Source: the human T2T-CHM13v2.0 reference genome, Homo sapiens
Reading direction: 5' to 3' (one strand)
Length of the DNA: 64,000 nucleotides
Assembly: GCF_009914755.1 (NCBI RefSeq)
Contig: NC_060935.1
Position 1 is the first letter of the stretch; each line of letters begins with the position of its first letter. Positions 45,479-64,000 of the stretch are shown here, piece after piece. A program made the position numbers and the translations under genes. The notes below the pieces were generated by a model. That model saw nothing but the letters and a program-made list of their open reading frames with translations. It made no database searches and was not told where the DNA came from.

Positions 45479-46351
45479 TGATCCGCCTGCCTTGGCCTCC
45501 CAGGGTGCTAGGATTACATGCATGAGCCACCGTGCCTGGCCTCAGACATCAATAATTTTTAAAGATTCTTTTGGTGATTCCAAAGTATATCAAAATTTGG
45601 GGGATCATAGATAGAAAGACTGAAATTAAGAGAGTCAAGCTTAATTAAAAATCATGGTTGACGACTGATAGTCCAAAAGACAGAGTCACAAATCGTGTAA
45701 ATATTTGCAACTAAGAGTCAAGAGGCATTTATTTGCAGATAGAGGTGTCTGGCTAAATGTTGGTCTGCTTAGCAACACAGATGAAGAGTCCTATAACAGT
45801 TCCATATTTAATGACAGAAACTGTAGCATTAGCCAGTCTGTGTGTTTTAATGAAAGTTAACCCTAGGCCTAAGAAAACCTGATTTTGGATTCCAAAGGGA
45901 GTTTGAAATCCTAGCTTATTTAAAGGGTTTTATCTCATTGCTTCCCTTGGTCCCTGTGAATTACAGCCCTTATTTTTTGTGTTTTCTGCAAAACTCAAGG
46001 GTCATTTATTGCTGCTTAGCTCTGACTTTTCCTTTCTTTAAGTGCCTCTAGAAGAATGAATGTTTGGGTCATAAATCAAATAAAAAATTAAAAAATTGGT
46101 TTATGACCAACAAAAAAGGGATGCTGAAATTACTATCACCAGATTGATATTTGGTTGGTTAGATGGGGGTTTTGTTCAACTTTCTAAATAGTCTTGGTAA
46201 ACTTGATAAGGATCATATCATATGATACTGAATGGTAAGGTCAGATCTGGCAGGAAGTAAAATGAAGATCAAAGCTTGTGTCACTATTCTATTAATCATA
46301 CACTGCTTTCTTTAACTGGAGTAAAGTAAACATTGGGTTTTCCTTCTTTAG

Positions 46352-46540
46352 AGCATACCAGAAATTCCTGATGACCTGAAGCAACTTTATAAAACTGTGT
46401 GGGAAATCTCTCAGAAAACTGTTCTCAAGATGGCAGCTGAGAGAGGTGCTTTCATTGATCAAAGCCAATCTTTGAACATCCACATTGCTGAGCCTAACTA
46501 TGGCAAACTCACTAGTATGCACTTCTACGGCTGGAAGCAG
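46352..46540 (+). CDS. RRM1: RRM1 exon 18 ([10 protein letters not shown]...FIDQSQSLN...YGWKQ)
   Basis: ttag|AGC ... CAG|gttggt; 189 nt. Confidence 0.97.
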
Positions 46541-47483
46541 GTTGGTAGAGAATATCAAGGAGTACTTAATTGCCAGCTTGAGATATTTTGGCATTGGAAT
46601 GATTTTATGTTTTAGCCACCTATTAAATATTATCACCTAGAAGTTCTTTAAGTTCAAATCCAGAACGTTAAAACCAACCCATGGTTTTTGTACCAGAACA
46701 AGGTCTTGCCTTGGATTTTCTTGTTTCTGTTAGGTTTATTTCCTTCTTAGGTTTGAAACCTTGTAGTTACCTGTGATGCTTTCCTTCCTTTACTGTCCGT
46801 ACAATTACCAAGTTGTGTTGATTGTTCCTTTGTATTATTTCTTAAATATCTTCCTTCCTTTTCTGCTGCTGTTATTCTAAACTGACCTTACTGCTTCTAG
46901 GATCTCTGCTCCCAGCCATTTTGTGTGCATTACCACCATTCCTCAGATAAAACTTTGCACATGTCAACCCGCTATTCAAAAACATCCATTGTTTTCTCAC
47001 TTTATAAAGTGAAAGCCAGCTTACTTAGCTAGTCGTTGCCAGCTGTAAAGTCTGGTGATTTTGGATTATGTTCTTATTCCCTGATAATGTATTGGGTATT
47101 TAAGTAGAATTATAAATTTGTTTTTTAATTTAACATTTATTGAACATCTAGTATGTGCCAGGACTGAGGATACTGAATAGAAGATGATGATCTTTATCTT
47201 TGAAGTCTTATAGTCTGTTGTTACACAGAGACACAGTCTAGCTCTCTAAACAGTTATAACCTAAGGCAGACATATTGTCTTGGGCAAACCTGGAAGTCAT
47301 ATGCATAAAAACAAAGACAAAAGAATAAAAATGTTTGACCTTTCCAAAGAGATAAGCCTGTTTTAGGAGTGAAAAGAACAGGATATTTCTGTCTGACTCA
47401 CAAAGCATTTTTGAGAGTACTCCTAGAGGAGATAGAATTCCAAGTTTAAAAAAAGTTTGATCTGGTTCATGGGAATGTATTTT

Positions 47484-47991
47484 ATTTTATGTATGTATGT
47501 ATGTATTTTGAGACAGAGACTCACTCTGTTGCCCCGGCTGGAGTACAGCGGCGTGATCTTGGCTCACTGCAACCTCTGTCCTGGGTTCAAGTGATTCTCA
47601 TGTCTTAGCCTCCTGAGTAGCTAGGATCACAGGTGTGTGCCAACACACCTGGCTAATTTTTGTATTTTTATTAGAGATGGGGTTTTGCCATGTTGGCCAG
47701 GCTGGTCTCAAACTCCTGGCCTCAAGCAATTCACCTGCCTCGGCCTCCCAAAGTGCTCGAATTACAGGTGTGAGCCACTGTGCCTGGCCAGGAATGTATT
47801 TTATTTTATTTTAATATTATTGTTTTATTTTATTTTATACTTTTTTAGACGGAGTCTCGCTCTGTTGCCCAGGCTGGAGTGCAATGATACAGTCTTGGCT
47901 CACTGCAACCTCAGCCTCCTGAGTAGCTGAAATTTATAGGCATGTACTACCCCTCTTGGGGGATTACAGGCATGAGCCACAGCGCCCAGCC
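47484..47991 (-). mobile_element. Two tandem antisense Alus (47484-47789 full length; 47803-47991 internally deleted)
   Basis: Each is bounded by copies of GGAATGTATTTT. Confidence 0.9.
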
Positions 47992-48004
47992 AGGAATGTA
48001 TTTT

Positions 48005-49203
48005 TTTGTTTGTTTGTTTGTTTTTTCTTTTTATTTATTTATTTATTTATTTTTATTGATCGTTCTTGGGTGTTTCTCACAGAGGGGGATTTGGCAGGGT
48101 CATAGGACAATAGTAGAGGGAGGGTCAGCAGATAAACAAGTGAACAAAGGTCTCTGGTTTTCCTATGCAGAGGACCCTGCAGCCTTCTGCAGTGTTTGTG
48201 TCCCTGGGTACTTGAGATTAGGGAGTGGTGATGACTCTTAACCAGCATGCTGCCTTCAAGCATCTGTTTAACAAAGCACATCTTGCACCGCCCTTAATCC
48301 ATTTAACCCTGAGTGGACACAGCACATGTTTCAGAGAGCACAGAGTTGGGGGTAAGGTCACTGATCAACAGGCTCACAAGGCAGAAGAATTTTTCTTAGT
48401 ACAGAACAAAATGAAAAGTCTCCCGTGTCTACTTCTTTCTACACAGACACGGCAACCATCCGATTTCTCAATCTTTTCCCCACCTTTCCCGCCCTTCTAT
48501 TCCACAAAGCCGCCATTGTCATCTTGGCCCGTTCTCAATGAGCTGTTGGGCACACCTCCCAGACGGGGTGGTGGCCGGGCAGAGGTGCTCCTCACATCCC
48601 AGACGGGGCGGCGGGGCAGAGGCGCCCCTCACCTCCCAGACGGGGCGGCTGGCCAGGCGGGGGGCTGACCCCCCACCTCCCTCCCGGACGGGGCGGCTGG
48701 CTGGGCGGGGGGCTCACACCCCCACCTCCCTCCCGGATGGGGCGGCTGGCCGGGCGGGGGGCTGAACCCCCCACTTCCCTCCCGGATGGGGCGGCTGGCC
48801 GGGCAGAGGGGCTCCTCACTTCCCAGTAGGGGCGGCCAGGCAGAGGCGCCCCTCACCTCCCGGACGGGGCGGCTGGCCGGGCGTGGGGCTGACCCCCCCC
48901 ACCTCCCTCCCGGACGGGGCGGCTGGCCGGGCGGGGGGCTCACACCCCCACCTCCCTCCCGGATGGGGCAGCTGGCCGGGCGGGGGGCTGACCCCCCCCA
49001 CCTCCTTCCCAGACGGGGCGGCTGGCCGGGCAGAGGGCCTCCTCACTTCCCAGTAGGGACGGCCGGGCAGAGGCGCCCCTCACCTCCCGGACGGGGCGGC
49101 TGGCCGGGCGGGGGGCTGACCCCCCCACCACCCTCCCGGACGGGGCGGCTGGCCGGGCGGGGGGCTGACCCCCCCCACCTCCCTCCCGGACGGGGCGGCT
49201 GGA
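48005..49203 (-). mobile_element. 5'-truncated SVA retrotransposon (T-tail, SINE-R ~48050-48545, GC-rich VNTR ~48547-49202)
   Basis: Reverse SINE-R (TTCTTGGGTGTTTCTC...GGATTTGGCAGGGTCATAGGACAATAG); VNTR units GGACGGGGCGGCTGGCCGGGCG; TSD CAGGAATGTATTTT at 47991 and 49204. Confidence 0.96.
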
Positions 49204-49287
49204 CAGGAATGTATTTTAAATATTGGTGTGGAATGTCTAGTATTCTCACAGAGTTTCTCCTAATAATTGTCTTTACTTTCCTTGTAG

Positions 49288-49476
49288 GGTTTGAAGACTG
49301 GGATGTATTATTTAAGGACAAGACCAGCAGCTAATCCAATCCAGTTCACTCTAAATAAGGAGAAGCTAAAAGATAAAGAAAAGGTATCAAAAGAGGAAGA
49401 AGAGAAGGAGAGGAACACAGCAGCCATGGTGTGCTCTTTGGAGAATAGAGATGAATGTCTGATGTGTGGATCCTGA
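49288..49476 (+). CDS. RRM1: RRM1 exon 19 coding part ([10 protein letters not shown] with radical-path Y737/Y738; C-terminal CLMC = C787/C790)
   Basis: gtag|GGT ... TCC TGA; 189 nt; total 2379 nt = 792 aa + stop. Confidence 0.98.
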   Translation, partial: GLKTGMYYLRTRPAANPIQFTLNKEKLKDKEKVSKEEEEKERNTAAMVCSLENRDECLMCGS

Positions 49477-49943
49477 GGAAAGACTTGGAAGAGACCAGCA
49501 TGTCTTCAGTAGCCAAACTACTTCTTGAGCATAGATAGGTATAGTGGGTTTGCTTGAGGTGGTAAGGCTTTGCTGGACCCTGTTGCAGGCAAAAGGAGTA
49601 ATTGATTTAAAGTACTGTTAATGATGTTAATGATTTTTTTTTAAACTCATATATTGGGATTTTCACCAAAATAATGCTTTTGAAAAAAAGAAAAAAAAAA
49701 CGGATATATTGAGAATCAAAGTAGAAGTTTTAGGAATGCAAAATAAGTCATCTTGCATACAGGGAGTGGTTAAGTAAGGTTTCATCACCCATTTAGCACT
49801 GCTTTTCTGAAGACTTCAGTTTTGTTAAGGAGATTTAGTTTTACTGCTTTGACTGGTGGGTCTCTAGAAGCAAAACTGAGTGATAACTCATGAGAAGTAC
49901 TGATAGGACCTTTATCTGGATATGGTCCTATAGGTTATTCTGA

Positions 49944-50006
49944 AATAAAGATAAACATTTCTAAGTGATTGTATGAGATTAATTTTGTCATTTACTTTCA
50001 TATAAA
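49944..50006 (+). terminator. RRM1: RRM1 polyadenylation signals (AATAAA 49944-49949; variant TATAAA 50001-50006)
   Basis: Two hexamers in the 3'UTR; a U-rich tract follows ~50027. Confidence 0.7.
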
Positions 50007-50084
50007 AGTCAAATTTGAAAAACACATTTTCTGTTCTTTGAGAATTCAGGGAGGAAATTATATGCCTTTTTCTTTTCTTTTCCT

Positions 50085-52390
<2,306 letters not shown>

Positions 52391-52394
52391 ATAT

Positions 52395-56090
<3,696 letters not shown>

Positions 56091-56099
56091 CTTCTGTAG

Positions 56100-56463
<364 letters not shown>

Positions 56464-56539
56464 TAAGCAGGGGTTAGCTTTTAGGTAGATCACATTGGCT
56501 GTCATAGGAAGAATGGCCTGACTATGGGTTTGGTTCCGA

Positions 56540-57060
56540 CTTTGATCTGGATCCCAGATCAGGGCTTAGTCTGGTTTTTGGGTCAGACTTGGGCTCCAGT
56601 GCAGGACCCTGTCTGTGTGCCTGAGGTCAGCACGGTGGCCTCAAAATGTGACCTGTGTGTTTGGCTGAGTTTGGGTTTCCCAGGGTAGGGTCTACTGTGG
56701 TCTTTGGGTCAGACTGGGACCCCGAAGAAGACCTGGTCTGGGTGTGTGTCAGACTGGGGACCCTTGGGCAGGAGCTGACCTGTTTGTGTGGGCTAGACTG
56801 GACATCGCAGGGTAAACCTGACCTATGTGCCTGTACAGCTTGGGGATTTCAGGAAAGGACCTCACTTGTGTTTGGGACTGACTGGACTCTAGAACCCAGC
56901 CTGCTACCTGGATTAGACTGGAAGCCTCAAGGATGACCTGTGTATTAGGTCTGAATAAACTTCATGTCAAGCTTAGGCTATGTTTGGGAGAGACTGGGCT
57001 TCAGGGAAGTGCCCGCCTGTTTATTTGTTTCAGACTGGGTGTTGTTCAGACAGGGCAGGT
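56540..57060. repeat. Degenerate ~40-bp tandem repeat with an AGACTGG core
   Basis: Core at 56711, 56751, 56795, 56879, 56915, 56991 and 57032. Confidence 0.65.
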
Positions 57061-57332
57061 TGTGGTCTGTATGACTTGCTCTATAAGACTACCTTAGTGA
57101 AGCCCCATACATCCAGATATTAGTTGGGACTTCCTCAGGAGTTGGGAGGAGGACAGAGAAAATAAACCAAGAAGGATAAATAGGTAAATGCAATTTTATT
57201 ACTGGGGGTGAAAACAAAGAGCATTCTAAGAATTTAACAAGCAACAGTTGACCAACAGGGAACCTGCTGTTGAGCCCATAATCTGCTGAGGAAGTTTGAG
57301 CCTGTCCCTGAGTACTGCCTGCTTATCTCTTC

Positions 57333-58387
57333 TCAGAGATCATAGCCCCAACTTCCGAAGGTAGTAAAGTCCCTCACCCTGGCGGTTTCCAGTCTCATGT
57401 TCTGCAGCCTCTTTGGCTTCTCCCCAGCCTTCTGGGCTGTTTCCTTTTCACAGAGCATCTTTTCTGCATGTTGCTGGATCTCCCTAGTCCTCACCCCATA
57501 AATGACAGGATTCAAGGCTCCTGGAAGCAGCAAGTATATGGCACTGAGTAGATTCTGGACATTCTGGGACACAGTCTTGGCTACTCAGAAGGTGATGGAA
57601 GTGGAAAGACCAGAGACGTAGATGGAGAGGATGACCAGTAGGTGGGAGCCACACGTGTGTAAGGCCTTGGCTTGGGCTCCCCAAGAAGAGATCCGGAAGG
57701 CAGCATAGATGATGTGGGTGTAGGAGGTCCCCAGCAGGGCCATATCAGAGGTTACAGTGACCAACCACATAGCCAGCCCCAGCCAGTTGTTGAAGGTCAG
57801 GTCTCCACAAGCTATGCTCAGCAGTGCAATGCACTCACAGGTGAAGTGTCGAATCACTACTGTCCGGCAGAATCGGGCTTTTGCAGTTAGCACTACCAAG
57901 GGCACTGCCACTCCCAGGCTCTGTGTCAAGGCAAGAATGGCCAGCAGTCCCAGCAGCTGGGAGGTCATCAGGTCAGAATAGCAGAGTGGGTGGCAGATGG
58001 CCACGTAGCAGTCCAGGGCCATGGCCAGAGGAAGTTGTAGTCCAGGAGGAGGGTGAAGTAGATAAAGAACACCTAGGCCAGGCGGCCATGCAGCGATATG
58101 GGGTTAGCATAATATACAAAGCCCTCCAGCATTTTAGGCATCACGGCTGTGGCAGCACGAATATTGACATCCAGGAGCATGGTGATGAGCATATACATAG
58201 GCTGGTGCAGATTTTGCCGGGCAACCACTGTGTGGATGACCAGGGCATTGGCAGAGATGATGGTCACAAAGAGGAAGACAAGAGGCAGGACCAGAAGGGG
58301 CCACCACTCTCGAAGTCCAGGGAAACCCACCAGGAAGAACTTGGTGCAGGAGATGTTGAAGGTGCTTGTATTTCCATCCTCACCCAT
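57333..58387 (-). pseudogene. OR55B1P: Class I olfactory receptor pseudogene
   Basis: OR motifs LHQPMY, MALDCYVAICHPL, KALHTCGSHL and LNPVIYGVRT; TAG at 58073-58075, 1-bp frameshift at ~58027, TGA at 57585-57587. Symbol assigned from its known position next to RRM1. Confidence 0.88.
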
Positions 58388-59609
58388 TAGCTTTGGCCCT
58401 GGGCCGGCACCAAGAGTGGGGATCAGAGACTGTTAGAACAAAATGGTCAATTTTAAAAAGACTTTTTCTGTTGTAGACACTGAGGAATTTGTGATAAAAG
58501 CCCACTTCTTCATGTATGTATTCCTTTGGGGCACAGATAAGTACTAAGCCGGGTGTTGTAGGAACTACACAGTTACCTACAATCTTTGTAGGTAACAATC
58601 TTTGTCCTCAGGGAGCTCTTGGCCTTATGTGTGTGAAATGTAAATGTAAACTTACAAGATACTTGTTTACTTGTAATGTTCCAGATATTTGCTCAGTAAA
58701 AGATTAGGAGGAAAAGTAGGTGTAGTATACACAGGGGAAAAAGAGTGACAGCCAGAGACAAAACAAGAAAGGTTAAAAGAAGACTCTTGATTCAGAGGAA
58801 GAGAAAGTATTAGAAGAATCTTTGATCCAAGGAGTCTGGGAAAGCCCAAGTGGGGCTTAACAGGGAGAGAAGAACCAGCCGGGAATGATGGCATCACTTG
58901 TGTGCTTGGGACACACTGTGGCAAGGAGAGATGGAAGTTGCTGAGGAAGAATTCTGGTCTTCCTGGATCACAAAAAACAGGCTGCAGAGACTGCTTCCTT
59001 CCTAAGTCCTCGTAGATTGGCTGTGGTGCCTCCTGCCTGGCCTTGTCCTCAGTGTCATGGATGATGAGTTTGCTTTCCTTTCAGAATATAGGTTCCAGGA
59101 GGGCAGGGATAATAGCATGCTTCTGGTGGGCTCACTGGAGCTCCAAGCACAGAGTCACCATAAAGGCGCAGGACAGGCTTGAGAATTGCTTGTTGAGTAG
59201 GTGCATGAGGAACAGGAAGAAGACAATAGGAGGCTGAACATTTAATTGGGATCTTACAGCAGTTGTTTCAAAGCTTTGGCCAGGGGCCAGGACTGTTCTA
59301 CATACCTGATACTCCACAAACTAGGTAGCATTCAACAGTCTTCAAGCTTTTTTTTTTTTTTTTTTTTTAAGAGGTAGGGTCTTGCTATTTTGCCCAGGCT
59401 GTTTTTGAACTCCTGGACTCAAGCAGCCCTCTTGCCTCAGCCTCCCAGGCATGAGCCACTGCGCCTGGTCACTTCAAGCATTCTGAATCTCAGCAGCAAT
59501 ATGAAGAGTTAGCATTTATTCAGTACTTGCTACCTGCCAGACATGGTTCCAAGTGTTTTCCATGTGATATCTCTTTAATACTTGCAGAAATCCTAAGAGA
59601 CAACTTTAG

Positions 59610-61935
<2,326 letters not shown>

Positions 61936-62430
61936 ATGCATAATACTATTTATTAACCCAGGTTATAGCTGAAGACACTGAGATTTAGAGAGGTTAACTA
62001 ATGTTCTTAAAGTATCATACCTTTAAATGATAGGGCTGGGATATGACTTAGTGACTTAGGTATGTCAATGGTAAAAGGTGGAGTTCAGCTCCAATCTCAG
62101 GTTTACCTCTCTCCAAATCCCCCATAAATTTATTGTTGCCTCACCGTGGCAGCCTGCAGTAGTCTCCAGTTGGGTTGCAGCCTGCTGTGTCTTTGGTTTC
62201 GCCTCTGAAGAGCTAAGGCTGGAGGTCAGGTCAGTGCCCAACTCCAAGGCACTATGAGGCTGATTTATGAGGGATGGAAAATTAGACCTGTGGCTCCAGG
62301 GGAGAAGCCTGAGGAGATTCCCAGAGGGTAGTCATTCCAAAGGGCACTCAAAAGGAGGAAACAAGGAGAAACCCAGAAGAACCCATCTGTCCCTCAGAGA
62401 GGACCCCAGGAGAGGGCTGGGTGGAGGTGA

Positions 62431-62753
<323 letters not shown>

Positions 62754-63075
62754 CTGTACTAACATTTTTTTCTCTATGGCTCTTGGCATTTTTCACAGAG
62801 CAATCACTTCTGCTAAGGGATTTCCCCTCTTTTACAGATGAGCCATTAGAGGCTCAGGAAGAGCAAGTGAGGTTTCAGAACAAGTCCCATCCCAGGGGCA
62901 TAAACAGGCATAATCTGTATATCACTGACTAGGATGACCTGGGGCTAAGCTGAGGGAAGGGGCTCTTGCAATTTGAAGGTTAAATGGACACTTAGGGGGT
63001 ACCCAAAGTCAGGAAAGAGCTCTGGGGTGACAATAGGAGAGCCCAGTGGTCAAGACATGGATCTGATTTAGGGTC

Positions 63076-63096
63076 TGTGTGTGTGTGTGTGTGTGT
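63076..63096. repeat. (TG)n microsatellite
   Basis: Read directly. Confidence 0.9.
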
Positions 63097-64000
63097 ATGT
63101 GCATGCAAGCTGCGGTTGGTGAGGAATTTACTTCTGGGTGGTTCAGAAATTAGGGCAGAGAGTGCAGTGTGTACTCAGCTGTGAAAAACTGGGAACCACA
63201 GAGGCAGGGGCTGGCTCCTCCAGGGAGGCATCCAGTTTGTCCTCTGGAATTTGGAAATAGGACTAAAAAAGCTCCTCTTTTTCTCTTTTTTTATACCTTC
63301 TTTGGATCTTCTTTTTGTGATTTCATTTACTCTCCTTTGTTGGTTTATTAGTTGTTCCTCTTTGTTGTCTTATTTCCTCTTGGTTGCTTTAGGGTTTATA
63401 GTACATATCTTTAACTTACCACAGTCTATCTACAAGTACTATTAAGTCTTTCACAAATAGTGTGAGATTTTTACAACACAACGTAGCTCTTGTGTCCATT
63501 TTGCTTTCTCATTTTTATACAGTTACTCATTCCTTTATTTTTTTCTTCACATCTTTACTGAGCACTTACTTTGTGCTAGGCCATATGCTGGATGCATGGA
63601 TACAACAATAAGTAACATTTGTGTTCCCTGAGTGAGTCTGCATTCTACTGAGTAGGCTAGTAATGACAATCAATGGTCAAAATACAGCATGTAACAGTAT
63701 ATTCAACAAATGCATCCCAAAATACTATCTGCTTTTAACATCTACCAAGTCCAGGAAGGACCAATGCCAGGTCAGTTGAGGTCATGTCTACTCTTGAGCT
63801 ATTCTCCATTCCTGTGACTTGGTGAGGTGAAAAGCCATCAGTTATAAACTAGGGAGAGAAAGAAAAGATAGGGAAAAGATTAAGGGACAAATCTGACTAA
63901 CTCCCATTTCCCACCCTGGGCGTCCAATTTGAAGGAGGCACAGGTGGTGGGGGTGGTGTTGGGGCAACCTCTAATTTCAATGTTTGGGGCTTTTATAGTT

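Noticed and set aside
47472-49217. Repeat-spacer-like pattern of GGAATGTATTTT, and the AGACTGG array at 56.5-57.1 kb, as CRISPR-like arrays
   Set aside because: Eukaryotic locus with no cas genes. The first pattern is target-site duplications; the second is a degenerate minisatellite.
48225-49334. Overlapping Gly/Pro/Arg-rich ORFs up to 182 aa
   Set aside because: SVA SINE-R and VNTR translation.
57881-58436. Plus-strand ORFs over the OR pseudogene
   Set aside because: Antisense shadows of the OR coding sequence.

Overview
Human (hominid) genomic DNA from 11p15.4, recognised from its proteins. On the + strand it holds the last intron, last coding exon and 3'UTR of STIM1 (to ~4470). About 1.6 kb later come a CpG-island promoter and the complete 19-exon RRM1 gene (ribonucleotide reductase large subunit; ATG 6278, TGA 49474-49476). 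The RRM1 exons sum to 2379 nt = 792 aa + stop, with all introns GT-AG and in phase. Downstream lie L1 and ERVL-internal relics, a degenerate minisatellite and a minus-strand class I olfactory receptor pseudogene (OR55B1P-like). Most other listed ORFs are Alu, L1, SVA or low-complexity artefacts. I found no new protein-coding system. The most interesting sequence-level signals are: (i) three successive retrotransposon insertions (Alu, Alu, SVA) at one regenerated L1-endonuclease site 70 nt before the last RRM1 exon; (ii) a 406-nt AG-free zone before the dual-frame last STIM1 exon; (iii) an inverted Alu pair sharing a private 7-substitution tract next to a MIR-derived fold-back palindrome; (iv) an intact, motif-rich solo LTR in RRM1 intron 7; (v) a templated-insertion repair scar. 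Repeat boundaries and family names are by eye and approximate unless stated.
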